64,000 nucleotides of DNA from Oikopleura dioica (GCA_907165135.1 OU015569.1:868001-932000), one strand, 5' to 3'; shown: positions 50,301-62,848, counted from the stretch's first letter. The notes: generated by a model from the sequence alone, not told the origin. Translations and numbers: made by a program.

Positions 50301-53300
50301 TCTCGGCACCGACTCGAATACACAAGCGTCTGACACTGCTACTCAGTCCATGCCCAACCGAAAAGCTTCCGTCGATATTGAACATATGGACGAAACTGCC
50401 ATGGATGGGACCAGCTTTTGGCGCAAAATCCGAGCGCCCACTCTACTGTGCTCGAGCCTGAGATAACTATGAAGCAGCCAGTCCCGCAGAAGGTACTATT
50501 CGTTAAAAATTCACGTTTCTATCAATTTTCAGGGAGAATCCACGAAGATCGCAGCTGTCGACGAGTCCAATATGACAGCTGGCTTGCCAAAGATCGACGA
50601 GAGCATCTCTGAGACGTCATTGCCAGCTCCGCCAGTCCCACCGAAGGTACTGACAAAAGTAAAATCAAGTTTCTATCATTTTTCAGGGAGAATCCACGAA
50701 GATCGCCCCTGTCGACGAATCCAACATGACGATAAACAAAACCTGCGACATGACAGCGGGAATCGGTCTTCAGGTAAAAACTATCGACACATTTGTGTTT
50801 ATCTATCTTCAAATTGTAGGGCATGCCCGAGAGCTCCTTCGAGGAGACGATGGACACGTCGGAATGGAACACTACAGCTGAGGTCAGGGTGGCTATTTTG
50901 GATTTGGGGGTTAGTTGGAATTGGATTGGATCCAATCCAATAAGGTTTGGATGGAATTTGGATGGCCAGGGTACCGGATTTTGTTGGGAAAAATTGGGCA
51001 ATTGGGGGAAATTGGGGAATTGGATCCAATAAAATATATACAGTTAAAACTCAAAAATTGGCCGGTTTTTAGATCCTTATTCAAGAAAAAAGCGGCCAAA
51101 TTTTGAGTTTTTTACCGGATAGCCAAGAGTCCACTTCTAAGAAGCAAATTTTCCAAATTTTCGAAAATGGGCATGATTTTCACGTTTTTGAACAATTTAA
51201 TTCAAATTTTTGCTTGTTTGAAGACATTTATTTTAGAAATTAGTCATTTTAAATAATTTTAACAGTCTAAAAAAGCTAAAAATGCCCAGGAATAGCATAA
51301 TTTAGGCGCAATTTTGATCCAAAATTTTCTATTATTGAAAAAGCGGCCAATTTTTGAGTCTTTTTCAGATTCTTAAATCAGTCAATTTCGACCAAAACCG
51401 GCCAAATTTCGAGTGGGCAAATTTTGAGTTTTCACTGTATCGCTTAACTATGCAAAGAAGGGTCATTTTCATGATAAAAATGAAAAATTTCGGATAAAAA
51501 ATCATTCTTTTGGCTATGTTGATCCTCCTTTCGGATAGAAACTAACTGTTTCGCTTCTTTTCAAAGTACTAAAAGCCTTGGAAAAATTGGAAATCCAATT
51601 GGATCTTATTGGAATTGGGGATTCTTGGGGAATTGGGTAATAATTGGATTGGGTTGGATTTTGGATGGATAGTTCCGACTCAAAATTTATTGGATGGAAA
51701 TTGGATGGCTAGACCCCAAAATTTTGTCCAAAATAGCCACCCTGGCTGAGGTTGCCCCTGCACAGGACCGGACGATGGATGTTACGTCGGGTATTGGCTG
51801 CCAAGTAATGAGTAAAACTTTTGTCCCTTTTTAAATTTTCTTAGATGACGTACATCGACTCGTCGATGGATGAGAGCATGGCCGCCACGACTATGACGAA
51901 GTTGCCGACGCCAAAGCAGCCTCGCTCAGAAAGAATGCAGAACGATTTAGAGGTCAAGACGAATGCCGAGAAAGTTGAAACTAAGGCTGAGGACGCACGG
52001 CTCGTGAAGAATATCGAGTGTGCTTGTCCCGAGACCTACTCGAGTGAGTATCCCAGCGATAGCATGAGTGAGGAAGGCAGCACACGAGTGCATGAAAATG
52101 AGGTTTGAAGTTAATGCTTTTTCATGGCATCACATTTCTTAAGGCTGTCGAGGAGGCTTCTCAAGAGTCGAAGGATGGCAAAGCAACGGAGAAGTCCGAA
52201 GAGCAACTCTCAGTTACTCTCGAACTGAAGGCGCTGCCCAAGCCGGTTTCTTCTCCCGAGAAACAGGGTCTTCCTAAACCCGTTTCTCCAAAGAAACCAG
52301 AGTCAAGCGAAGCTGATTCTGATGTTGTGGAAATGGAGGTACTTTGAGTTAAAATAGAGTCAAATTTCTAAAAACTTCATTAAGATTCCATCAACTGCGT
52401 CCATGTATGAAGTCGATGAAGACGCAGAAGCGAGCACGTGAGTATTTATTTTTTATTTCGCAGAAAATGAAAGCTTGGGCTCAATTTCAAATTTTAATGA
52501 GCTTTTTAGTCTTGACGAAGGGAGCCTAACGCCGGATCCTGTCGTCGATCTTCTCTCGCCTGACAGAACAGCGGACGACTATTCTGTTATCATCCTAGAT
52601 GATACAGTCGCGGAGGGCTCTGCAGAGCGAAAGAAAACAAAGGCTGCGCGAAAGTTAGACATGACACCACCGACTTCGCCCGATAGACTTTCGAAGCTCG
52701 CGATGGAAACGTCTCCCAAGAAGCTTTCTTCTCCTGGAAAAGATCCTTCCGAGGAGAAAAACACGACTGACATGAGCATGTCGCCTGAAAAGTTCGACGA
52801 ATTGCGCAAGGAAGCATCGACATCGGAAGCGAAGGACGAGAAGTCGGAGAAAAAGCCAACCTACCCACTTCCAAAGACTTGGAAGGACGAATTCGGTCAC
52901 GACGTTCCGTATTTGAGGAATGATCCGCGAAGGCCCAAGAATGAGTGGGAAATTATGGAAGAGGAGGACGAGAAAGAGCTAAGAGAGCTTATCAAGACCG
53001 ACAGCGAGGGAGAAGCGGAGCGGGATGCTCTTTGAGCCCTGCCTCCAAGCTCCACAAGGACCGATGGGAGGAAGCTAAGAAGAATCAGAAGCTCAACACG
53101 AGCATGACGATGTCAAAAGATCTCAAGTCCGGTCCCATCATGAAGCGGAAACGCTCTTCAGAGGGTTCTCGCCCAAGCAAGGTATTTTTCGCGCGAACTT
53201 TCTTTTTTCAATGATTATTCAGAAACATCGAGTCTCCTTCATCGACGAACAGTTCGGTGGCCCTGAGATCAGGCGAATTCCAAGCAACACCTCTTTGCCT

Positions 53301-53660
53301 GGCAGCTCTTCGCCAACCGCGCTGAAGCGTCGACCCAGCAGTGAGTCTATCCCTTCGCCTCGTTCTGAAAAGAGCCTCACTCGGACCGAGAAGATGCTCA
53401 GGATGGCCAGGCCTGAAGGGTCACCTCGAATGCGCCCGCTTCCGCCCTCGATTCCGGAGCCGACTACTAACGATCGCGAAGCCGCCTATAATGCTATCAA
53501 GGTATTATTTTTTAATTTAGCTTCGATTTAATTTGATTAATTTTAGGAGGCGATCAACGCGAACATCGAAAACGTCACTGACGAAGATCGACTTTCGCTG
53601 ATCACCAGAATTAGTCGCCGAAAACGACGAACCAGTTCTTCCAACTTGGGGCAAAGTTAG
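47315..53660 (+). CDS. RIF1: Replication timing regulatory factor RIF1, multi-exon, with about four apparent single-base frame breaks in the disordered region
   Basis: Long helical N-terminal region; DFTIIDSP...NLTAAQREKM...ALYNHVDDSQ resembles the recalled vertebrate RIF1 block DFVFIP...LTDHQKE...AMYNNLDVSQ; C-terminal PIMKRKRS...KHRVSF matches the SILK/RVxF PP1-docking arrangement. Confidence 0.7.
50885..51744. mobile_element. 860-bp hAT-type MITE making up a whole RIF1 intron
   Basis: TIR CAGGGTGGCTATTTTGGA / TCCAAAATAGCCACCCTG; perfect TSD GCTGAGGT (50877-50884, 51745-51752); (A)TTGGA subterminal repeats. Confidence 0.95.
51041..51437. mobile_element. Tc1/mariner-type MITE nested in the hAT element
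   Basis: TA|CAGTTAAAACTCAAAA...TTTTGAGTTTTCACTG|TA. Confidence 0.85.
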
Positions 53661-54156
53661 AAAAACTGGAGAAATCTTCGTGCGCCCGATGTGTCACCAA
53701 TACCACCAGAAATCACCTCTCCTCTCTACGCACAGTCACTCACATCACCATCCAACTTCGCTACTCCGATTCAAAACCCTCCACAACTGTATAGACTGGT
53801 TCATTTACCTAACTGTATATAACTTATCTCATTCCAGTCTATTCACACTGCCATTTTAATATTAAAAGACCCTGTCAAAATTTAGAATAAATTTCAAATG
53901 GCTCACAAAACTACAAATGTTTACTTTGGTTGATTTCTATTGTGCAAAGTTAAGAAATACTTGCTAATAGTGGCAGATTTGCAGGTCAAATGCAACGATT
54001 TTCTGATTGATTATTATTTATTTACAGGAATCATGAGGAATGGCAAATTACTGATGTAACATTAGTTGTAATTATACCAGATAAGGGTCAAATAGTATTA
54101 TTTATCATGAAATAAGTTGTTCAAAGAAACTGAATTGCATTTTCTTTTCTTCGAAA

Positions 54157-57100
54157 TTAACAGTTGACGATGCCATATTTTACGAAGTTGGCCTCTCTTT
54201 CGGGCAGCCAGCGAGGAACCATGACGCACTTTCCGTCAAGACGGGGCATTTTCTAAAAAAAATTAGATATTTTCTTGCAGTTGTAAAAGAATAGCCGTGA
54301 TCATAAGGCCTCTTATTACCTTGAGCGGATAGTAACCGAGCAGACTGGCGTCCATATCATAATCAAGAGATCCTGGTCCGTCACCGGCATTCTCTGTATT
54401 CAAGATGGAGTTCACAGTGTGGTCCTCTCGCTGCGAGCCTGGAATATTGCTGCCTGGGACAGTGTACGCAGATGGAAGGCCTGCTTCTTCTAGGTATTTC
54501 AAGCACCCATTGACGTAGTAGTCGTCGTTGTTCGGCTGGATGTATCGAGATCCTCCTCCGTGAAGGTACTGAGACTCTACTCCGGCTGGTTCATTTGCCA
54601 TGTACGGACTGCTAGAGTCAATTCCTCGGACATTTGAAGCTTTAGATTGCAATGATCGTGGGTTAAGACCATTTCGGAGTCCCGAGAACTGATACTTTTC
54701 ATCTTTCGCTTCCTGACGCCAGAGAGCAGTGTCCTCCTGACCAGCAAAGGCCTTGAGTTTCTCGTCCAATTCCGGATAATGTGCCGCTCCTTCGATTTCG
54801 AGCATTACGTCCGCCATGCATTTGGCGAATTTAGCATATGCACCAAAGCCCTTGATCTCAATAGCTTCCTCGGCGCCTGGGAAACGCACAGCATCTTCAG
54901 CAGAGTCAACAATCTTGAAACCATTTCCGACAGAACCACTGTGCTCGGGCACCTTGCACTTGAGTGTATCTTCTTCGGCCTTTGGCTTGCAGAATCGACC
55001 ACGGATGTCTGGAATATCAAGCCGTGTGTATTGGCCAGGGGAAAGAATTGGTGATTCCGCACAGCGATATCCGACCTCGTAGTTTTCAGCAACCCAAGAG
55101 TTGAAAGTTGAAAGCTTTGGTTCAAACTTGTCCATGACCCAGACGACGTGTTCTGGTTTCAAGTAGTACATGTTATTCATTGGAGGAAGGGCTGAACGGG
55201 ATGATCGACGAAGGATAGATTTGTTTGCGCGTGGGATGATAGCAGATGCAGACATTGGGTTAGGAGAAGTATTTCTTCGCTTACGGGCAGCAGTCGTACC
55301 GTTGACTGGGCATTTGCAGGAGGCAGAGTTCACGCATCCTCGTGGACAGAAGGGCTCGTACGTGCTCATAGTGGAGAAGCCACCTTTGATCAAAATTCGT
55401 TTATTGAACTGTTCGACAACTTCAGCGGGATCCATTTTCATGTTGTTATTTGCGTCGTGGCGATGTTCAATGTCGAGCATGTTATCAATGTTGGAGAGAA
55501 GACAATCATTATCTTCGCATCCAGCGAGATTCTCGAAATACTCCATAGAGTAGTCATCGATATTGGTACTCTTTGGGAAGAGGAAGCGGCTGAATTTCAT
55601 GTTGAAGAACATTTTGTACGAGCCATCTTCGTTGAGTTTGAAGTCTGAGTTGCTTCGTTTGCACTCGAGGAAAGAATCGGAAGCGATGATGTCAGTCAAT
55701 CGAGCATCAGTGAGTCGGTCTGCTCCTCGAACAGTTCGCTGGACACGGAGAGCAGCAAAAACGAGACAAGGATCGTCACTCCTTGCTCCTTCAGTTTCGT
55801 CAAAGATCGGTAAATTCTCGAAATTACGGGATCTTGCCATGTAAAGCCGTCGGTTCTCTCTGAGAGCTGTAGCTTCAGCTAATTCCTGATTGAAATGGCT
55901 CTCGAAAATAGGTTCAGCAGCGTTGAACCTTTCAGTCCAGTATTCAGCTCGAGCTTCACGGTCGACAGAAGCGAAGTAATCCTTGAAGTCATCGGGGAAG
56001 GCTTTAAACAGCTCGAGAACGTTAGCTCGCTTTTCCATCCATCTAGCTGCTTTCTTTGCATTGACTTTTAAAATCTCGGCTGCTGAGTCGATGGGCTCAT
56101 TTCTTGGTTTCACGCATACATCGCTCTCACTGTTTCGGCATGGTCTGTCTTCAAGCTTGCCGTAATCAACGAGGCAGCAGTCGGTGACGTAGTCGGGAAC
56201 AGGAGTGGATTCCTTGCCTGAGCCGATTCCATGTGGATCCGGGTGCTTTTCAGGCTTTCCGTCTTGCAGTTTCTTTCCGTAAAGGTAATCAGTATTGATT
56301 GTATTTCCTCCAAGTCCTCGAGCAGACAAGACATCGAAACCATCTTCACGTGGGTTGTCAGCGGCCTGGAATGATCCTTGCTCGCGCATTGACTCCCAAA
56401 CATCGACATTGTACTCAGAATTACAAAGTTGTCGCTCACCCGGATTGATATTCAAGTCCCAGAGCTCGTAGAAATGATCTTTTTGACACATCCATCGCTG
56501 GTTGTCAGTGTGATTCTTTGGCAAATTCTTTCGTTCCATGACCAAATTCGAAAGATAAGGGTTCTCCATGTCTTCAGTGTAAACTGGAGCCCAAGTGCAG
56601 TGCTGGTAGAGTTCTTGATCTTGCCAGTTCTCAGGCTTTTCCTTGTCGGTTTTGCCGCCATTCGGATCACGTGGCCATTCGGCTTCGTTGTTCGGTCGAA
56701 GATGCTGAGCGTTTGGTCCAGTTCGTCGATCCTTTGGTGGATTCCATCGAACAAGCTTGTATCGACCCATTCGAAGCGAAATATCACCAAGTTTACCACC
56801 GAAAATCTCAGCTGGACGTCGATGGAACTTGCCAGTGTTTTTCGATTCGTCAGAAGCCTTGAAAGCGTCGAGGAAGGAATGAGAGTCTTCTGCCATGCAG
56901 CCATCGAATCCGAGGACGAGGCCAGTCTTTTCTTCGAGCGTGAGGAACTGATGATACATGTGGACAGATTCAAGTCCTCGTCGGAAGTCTCGTCGCTCAT
57001 CATCGGACATGGTGTCCCATGGACCGACATAGCTTGAGGATCCATCTTCGTTGGTCCGGTAGAAGAGGTTATTGATAGCGTGTCGTCCACCAGTTATCTC

Positions 57101-60100
57101 AGTCATATCCTCCTTGGTCGATCCTGGCAAGATTCTGCTGAAACAGTAACCCTCTGGGCAGTCTTTTTCAATGGGCTTGCAATGGCAGATTCCGAGATTG
57201 TGTGCTTTCCATGGTTCGAGAGTTCGATGGTAGCAGATATCTGAAATGGTTTTGTTGAAGTCCGGATTGTTCTCGTTCGTCCAATTGTCGCAAGGACAGT
57301 CTTCATCATCTGAAGTGCACTTGGTCCTCAACGTCTCGATCGACCAAAAAGCGTTTTTATCGTTGACGATCAGGTCGGGGAATTTGGAGGCTTCAGCGTG
57401 CACCCAAGCTTGTTCACGTTTAATTTCGGCCAAAGATCGGTTCTGAAAATAATTCTTGATTGGAATGCACTTGATTCCGCGAGCCACGAAAATAAGAGTT
57501 AAAACAATCTTTCGTAAGTAGCGGAATGAGTGTTTTTCTAAGAAATCTCGTCGGATTTATTTTTCAATTTTAAAGCTGATTGAAGCAATTCTTACCTTCT
57601 TGTTTGTTCTGATCGGCGGGTTAGTGGTATCAAAAGAATAGCTGCACTTTTCCGCAGACGGAAGTGGGTACTTGATCATATCGGCAAAAGTAGCAAAGAG
57701 ATCCAATTGACCAACAGGAAGATCATAGTTTGAACCCCAAAGAGACTGGTCAGTTCCCTTCGGCCACCAGACTAAGAATGGAACTCTGTGACCGCCTTCG
57801 AAGACAGAAGCCTTCTTTCCACGAAGTGTTCCAAATCTCACATGTCCCTGGAAATCCTGGTTCGCAAATCCCGAGCCATCTGGGCCATTGTCAGAAGTGA
57901 ACATGACAAAAGTATTATCCGCAATGTTGAGATCTTCGAGCGTTTTCATGAGCATACCAATTCGATCATCAAACTCGCGGATCTGCTCTCCAGCTTTTCC
58001 AATGAATCCACCTGGCCTGGCGTAGTCGTATTCTTCAATATGCGAGAATGGGCGATGAGGAGCACGGAAAGCAAGATACATGAAGAAGGGCTGGTTCTTT
58101 TCGGCGATGTGGTGTTTTGCTTCGACGAAGTTTTTGCTCGCCTCTTCGTGGAAGTTTTTCATCACTTCACGAGAATCAAAAGATGGTTGAGTTCTTGGCG
58201 AATTGAATCCATATCCTCCGTATTTCTTCGTGTGTGCCCACTCCCAAAGCTTGAAGCGCGCTCGCTGATCGTCGGTATAAGTTTTCAGGCCGTTTTCAGG
58301 ATTAAGAGGTCCTTAATTCGTTGATTAGTTTTGTTTGCTTCAAGTTGATTTCAAATTAGATCAACAGAAAACGTGAGTGCCTGTGATAACTTAATGTAAC
58401 CACAAGTCCGGTCTTCTCTCTCTAATCACTGCTACTTTGAAGGGCGGCGGGTTAAGGATGCACAGGTGCTGCGATTAGCGAAATTAACTTACCGTCAGGT
58501 TCGATTCCTTGGTACTGGAGGAAAGCATCTGCGACCCGATCCACGAACGCCTTGGCCTCTGCCTTGGAATGAAAGTGACGTGGCTTTCCTTCCGCGCCAT
58601 AAGGTGCCTCGATGATGTCAGCTGAGTTCGCTGAGTAGATGAATTTGTACATGTTGGAGCTGAACTCGTAGTTCTCCCGCAACTGCTGGAACTCGGTGGC
58701 ATTTAGATTCGGCCGGATTATTTCCTGATCCATGGACTTAATGTTACCGCGCACAACGAATTTCATCGCGACTGCGGGATTAAACGACGTATTGCCTTGC
58801 TGAGGCTGTGGACGGAGGTTAACCGAAGTGTCTCGTTTTCGCCGATCGTCACATTTCAACTCGATGTCTCGGATGAGATCGATTCGTGCAAGCATGTTCG
58901 CGACCAAATCCATGATGTATGACTCGACTTCTCGTCTTCGCTCGTTCTTTTCTTTCGATGTTGCTCCTCGATTGGCGTAGTTTTTGAAGAATCGGACGGT
59001 GAAAGTTGGATCGATCTAAAATATCAAATAAACGAAGTGATGCTAGCGCGAAATTTTACCTTTTTAAACTCTCCTCCATCGTGATCTGGCCATGGACCCA
59101 TCACGTTTATCATGGAGTCGGCAATTTCTTGCTCAGTTCGTTTTCTCGAAGAAAGAAGGGAGTTGTTCTCGACGACGATTCTCTCGACAAATTGGAATTT
59201 GTTGAGCCTAGATACATGTTAATAATTTGACAGTCATTGATATATCATTCGCAATCGTTAAATATTGCATTGAAATAATTTTTACTTACGCAACAGTCTC
59301 ATTTCTAGTCATAGTGAAGAACGAAGCCTCGAGTGCTTGAAGCATGTCTCCAAATGTTTCATCGTTGAAAAACTGCACAAGCTCATCTGGCCTGTTATTT
59401 TTCGCAGTTCTAAGGGTGTCTTCCAGGCTATCGAACCAGTCACACTGACTAACTTCTTCAGGCTCGCTGCACTGGTTCTCTTCAGAAAGATCAGAGCACG
59501 GTTCTCCAGTTGTTCGTTCAACAGTGAGTTTTGTGTAACGATCAAGAATTGGGTAGCCAGCTCCAGACCAGGGGCGGAAGCTTTCGCCCTGGAAATGCTT
59601 GAATAAACCACTTCGTCCGATGATGTACTGCATGTTCTTCGAGATCCAATCATCGCGAACTTGAATTTCAATGTTAAAAATCGCTCTTATCGCCCAAAAA
59701 CTGACAAATTTCCATGTTCAACCAAACTTACTTCTTAGATTGTCGTTGTACATATGCGCATCATCTCGAATATCAACATAGATGCCATAAGATCGAAGAG
59801 ACTCAATATTGTAATCGTCTCTGAAGAAAGCAGCTCCTGGGTAGCAGCAGTAGGAGAAACTGTTGAAGCCAGTATCGTAGCCCCACTTGAGAACACCTTC
59901 TTGGAGAGCGAAGTTCTAATTTTTAATTATTTTCGAGCCGAAGTTAGGGTTAGGGTTAGAAGTTGAGAAAGAGAGAGCTAAGTTACCTTGTAGTCTGTGT
60001 TGTCAGGATCGCAGAATCCCTGTCTGCTTGGGCAAGAGGTATCTTGAATTTCCTGATATTTCGCATCGTCTCCTCGGTTCACTGCTTGGGCCATACATTC

Positions 60101-61779
60101 GTCGACGCAAGAAGCATACAGTGCCGCGTTGAACCGTTTCGGCAAACATCTCCAGCTCTCTTCGCAATCGTTTCTAAGCAAAACATCCGCGCCGAACCAG
60201 CATACTCGCTGAGCGACATTGCCCATTGCCTCTCCGTCTTCACCGATATCCATGTACATGTAATCGTTGACGGCTGGATCGTAAGCGCCTCCATTGTAGA
60301 CAAGTCGCTAAATTAGCATAAAACCCAAGTCGGAGGAAAAAAGAGGAATACCTGGAAGTCACTGGCCTGTCGACGTCTTCGTCTCTCTTCATTTGCTTCT
60401 TCATCGCCGAATTCATCACTCTGCGTTACTCGGCATTCAGTGTAGTGGTCGATCGAGAAGATCTTGGTGATCTTGGCTTCTGTAGGCTGAGCCTTTCCAA
60501 CGAGGTAGGTCCTGTAGCCTGCGCGCTTGAACATCTGCGGGATAATCTTTCGCCCGTGTTCCAAATACATCGGTTTGTAGTGATAGTCGCCTCTTCTCCA
60601 GCTGTGACGGCCCGTCATCAAACAGTAGCGGCTGGGAGCGCATCGAGCAGTGCAACTGTGGCCATCTCGGAAGTTGATTCCCTTCGAGACCAGCCGATCC
60701 AAATTCGGCGTCGGAATTAGCTACAAATAATGCTGCAATTTTACAATTTAGAAAATAGCCACGAACATGGGCGGAAATGGACACACGATTAGGTTCATAT
60801 CGTGGCTTTTTGTTACGGATTCGGCAGGCTGACGTAAGTATCTACTTCACTTTCTAATTTTGTCATTCCATTTATTATGGCAAAATACAAGTTTAGGTTA
60901 AATTTTTCAGGCACCGCAAATTTTGAAACAATAAACATTTAAATCTAGGCCGAATTATGAGAAAAAATCGAAATTGCCGAAGAAAAGACGGTTCACCCTA
61001 ATTATGTCGCGAATGTCGTGAATGTCGTGAATCTCGTGAATGTCCTAGCCAAAAAAAATATTACGATATACTGTATAATATAATATAGTATATTAAATAT
61101 ACAGTATATTATATGTATATCATATACATTCACGACATTAACGACATTCACGACAAAGTCAGGGAGTCCCCAAAAGCCAGCTAATTTATATTTACAATTT
61201 ATAGTTAGGATTAAAGTAAGGGTTACTTTATGAGTTTATTCTTACCTTTGAAGGATTATTGACAGAAAGATCAGCCCAACTCATGTCGTCCGTGTTGATG
61301 ACAATGACATTCGGGCAGTTGACGTCGTCCTGCTGGCCGAGTTCTCTGTGAGCTCCGCAGGAATTGACTCCTCGGACCCAGTTGTTCTCTCTCTCTGTAT
61401 CGGTCTGAGCGAATTCCCAGTAGTCAGAATTGAAAACGTTCATTTTTCTGTTGTAAATTCTGTTGCCATCGGCGTCGGTGAAATTAGTAGCGACCTCGTT
61501 GGTGTCGAACTCTTCGCTGAATCGCTCGACCCAGTCGGCTACTTCGAAGCTGTCTGGAACAAAGAACGCATTTCCCGGCTGGCTTTTGACGAAGAACTTC
61601 AGGTCGACTGGCGATTTCTCTTTGCGCGGCTCATAGTTGCCATTCTCCTTGGAGTTTCCGCCCCATCTGTTGTTCGGAACGTGGACTGGTCCTTTTTGAT
61701 CAGGAAAGTCAGCCGAAGCCCAACGATTCTCTCCTTCGGCACTGGCGAATGCCAGCAGGGGCACAAACGACCCCTTCAT
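54157..61779 (-). CDS. Very large secreted formylglycine-type (S1) sulfatase with big insertions and an approximately 1000-aa C-terminal extension
   Basis: Signal peptide; PNVIVINTDD, PTPNLDRL, CAPSRYCLMTGR (CxPxR), PFFMYLAFRAPHRP, FTSDNG, LRGKKASVFEGGHRVPFLVWWP, QLDLFATFAD; includes a roughly 3.2-kb uninterrupted ORF (54263-57487). Confidence 0.85.
60994..61166. mobile_element. Small fold-back element in a sulfatase intron
   Basis: (GTCGTGAAT)x3 / (ATTCACGAC)x3 arms and an inner ATATACTGTATA / TATACAGTATAT palindrome. Confidence 0.6.
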
Positions 61780-62109
61780 AATTTTTCAGCTTTTCTCTTG
61801 ACGGAGAAAAAAAGACTGAGAATTTGGCGCTCCGAAGATCGCGCATTCAAAATCGTGAATTCGGGAAGAGGGCGCTCGAGCGGAGCGTCGCTGCGCATCG
61901 AAAAATCACTAGAAATGAAGATTTTTTTTCGATGATTCCGAGTTTTTTCTTGGTACTTTTAAAGAATCGATAATTTTGATTTCTTTAACAATCAATGAAA
62001 AAATTTTATGAGACGAAAAAGAGTATTTTAGTTGAATAAAATAGATAACATGAATCTTTTAGGTTATAATCTTGATAAGATCAATCATAGGGTTAGGATT
62101 AGGGTTAGG

Positions 62110-62269
62110 CTTGACTCGGAAGCCTGTGCGGAAAACCTGAGTCAGGGTCTGAAGGATCTTCAATAAACTGACGCGCAGCGGCTTTTACTAAACAAAGCCG
62201 CGTAGCGGCTTTTCATTAGTGATCCTTCAGATCCTGACTCAAGTTTTCTTCACAGGTTGTTAGGGATAG
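62110..62269. mobile_element. MITE family A copy embedded in TTAGGG-like repeats
   Basis: TIR cores; flanks TAGGGTTAGGATTAGGGTTAGG and TTAGGGATAGGGTTAGGG. Confidence 0.8.
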
Positions 62270-62715
62270 GGTTAGGGTGAGAGACTGTAAAAATAAAATT
62301 TTCTTTTCTCTCTCTCTTTTTTTTTGGTTGGTTAGAAGATAGGCAAAGAAATCTATAAGCTCTTATGCTCCAGCGTGAAGTAATCTACCGCCAAGAATTA
62401 AGATTAGTACTGTCACATTTTCTGAAACACTTTTTATGTCATCTCAAATGTTCCTCATCGTTTGTCGTTTTAAAAACTTGTGTTCTCATGCATTTTGAGT
62501 ATTTAGAATTCGTCCAGAGCAAGTTCGAGAAAATCCCACTTGTTCGAGCTGGGAGAAAAGAATGCTCCGTAAAATTCTTGTAAAGTTATTAGCACACCAG
62601 TTCTGCGGGCTGCCACATCTGAGAGGAAATTTTTACACAGCTGGGATTTATCGAGAGTTCATTTTCCAGTCGAAGTTCAAAGAAAAAACAAGCTTTTTTC
62701 ATGTAACAGTACTAG

Positions 62716-62848
62716 TTGGGCTCGGCAACCTGTGTAAAAAACCTGAGTCAGGGTGTGAAAGTACTTTGATGAAAAGCCGCTACGCGGCTTATAATTAAAG
62801 ACGTTTCAGATGCTGAATCAGGTTTTCTACGCAGGCTTCCGAGCTCAA
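62716..62848. mobile_element. MITE family A copy (133 bp)
   Basis: TTGGGCTCGGCAACC...GGCTTCCGAGCTCAA. Confidence 0.85.

Noticed and set aside
62085-62280. True telomere or chromosome end
   Set aside because: Only 2-3 imperfect TTAGGG units with unique sequence continuing on both sides.
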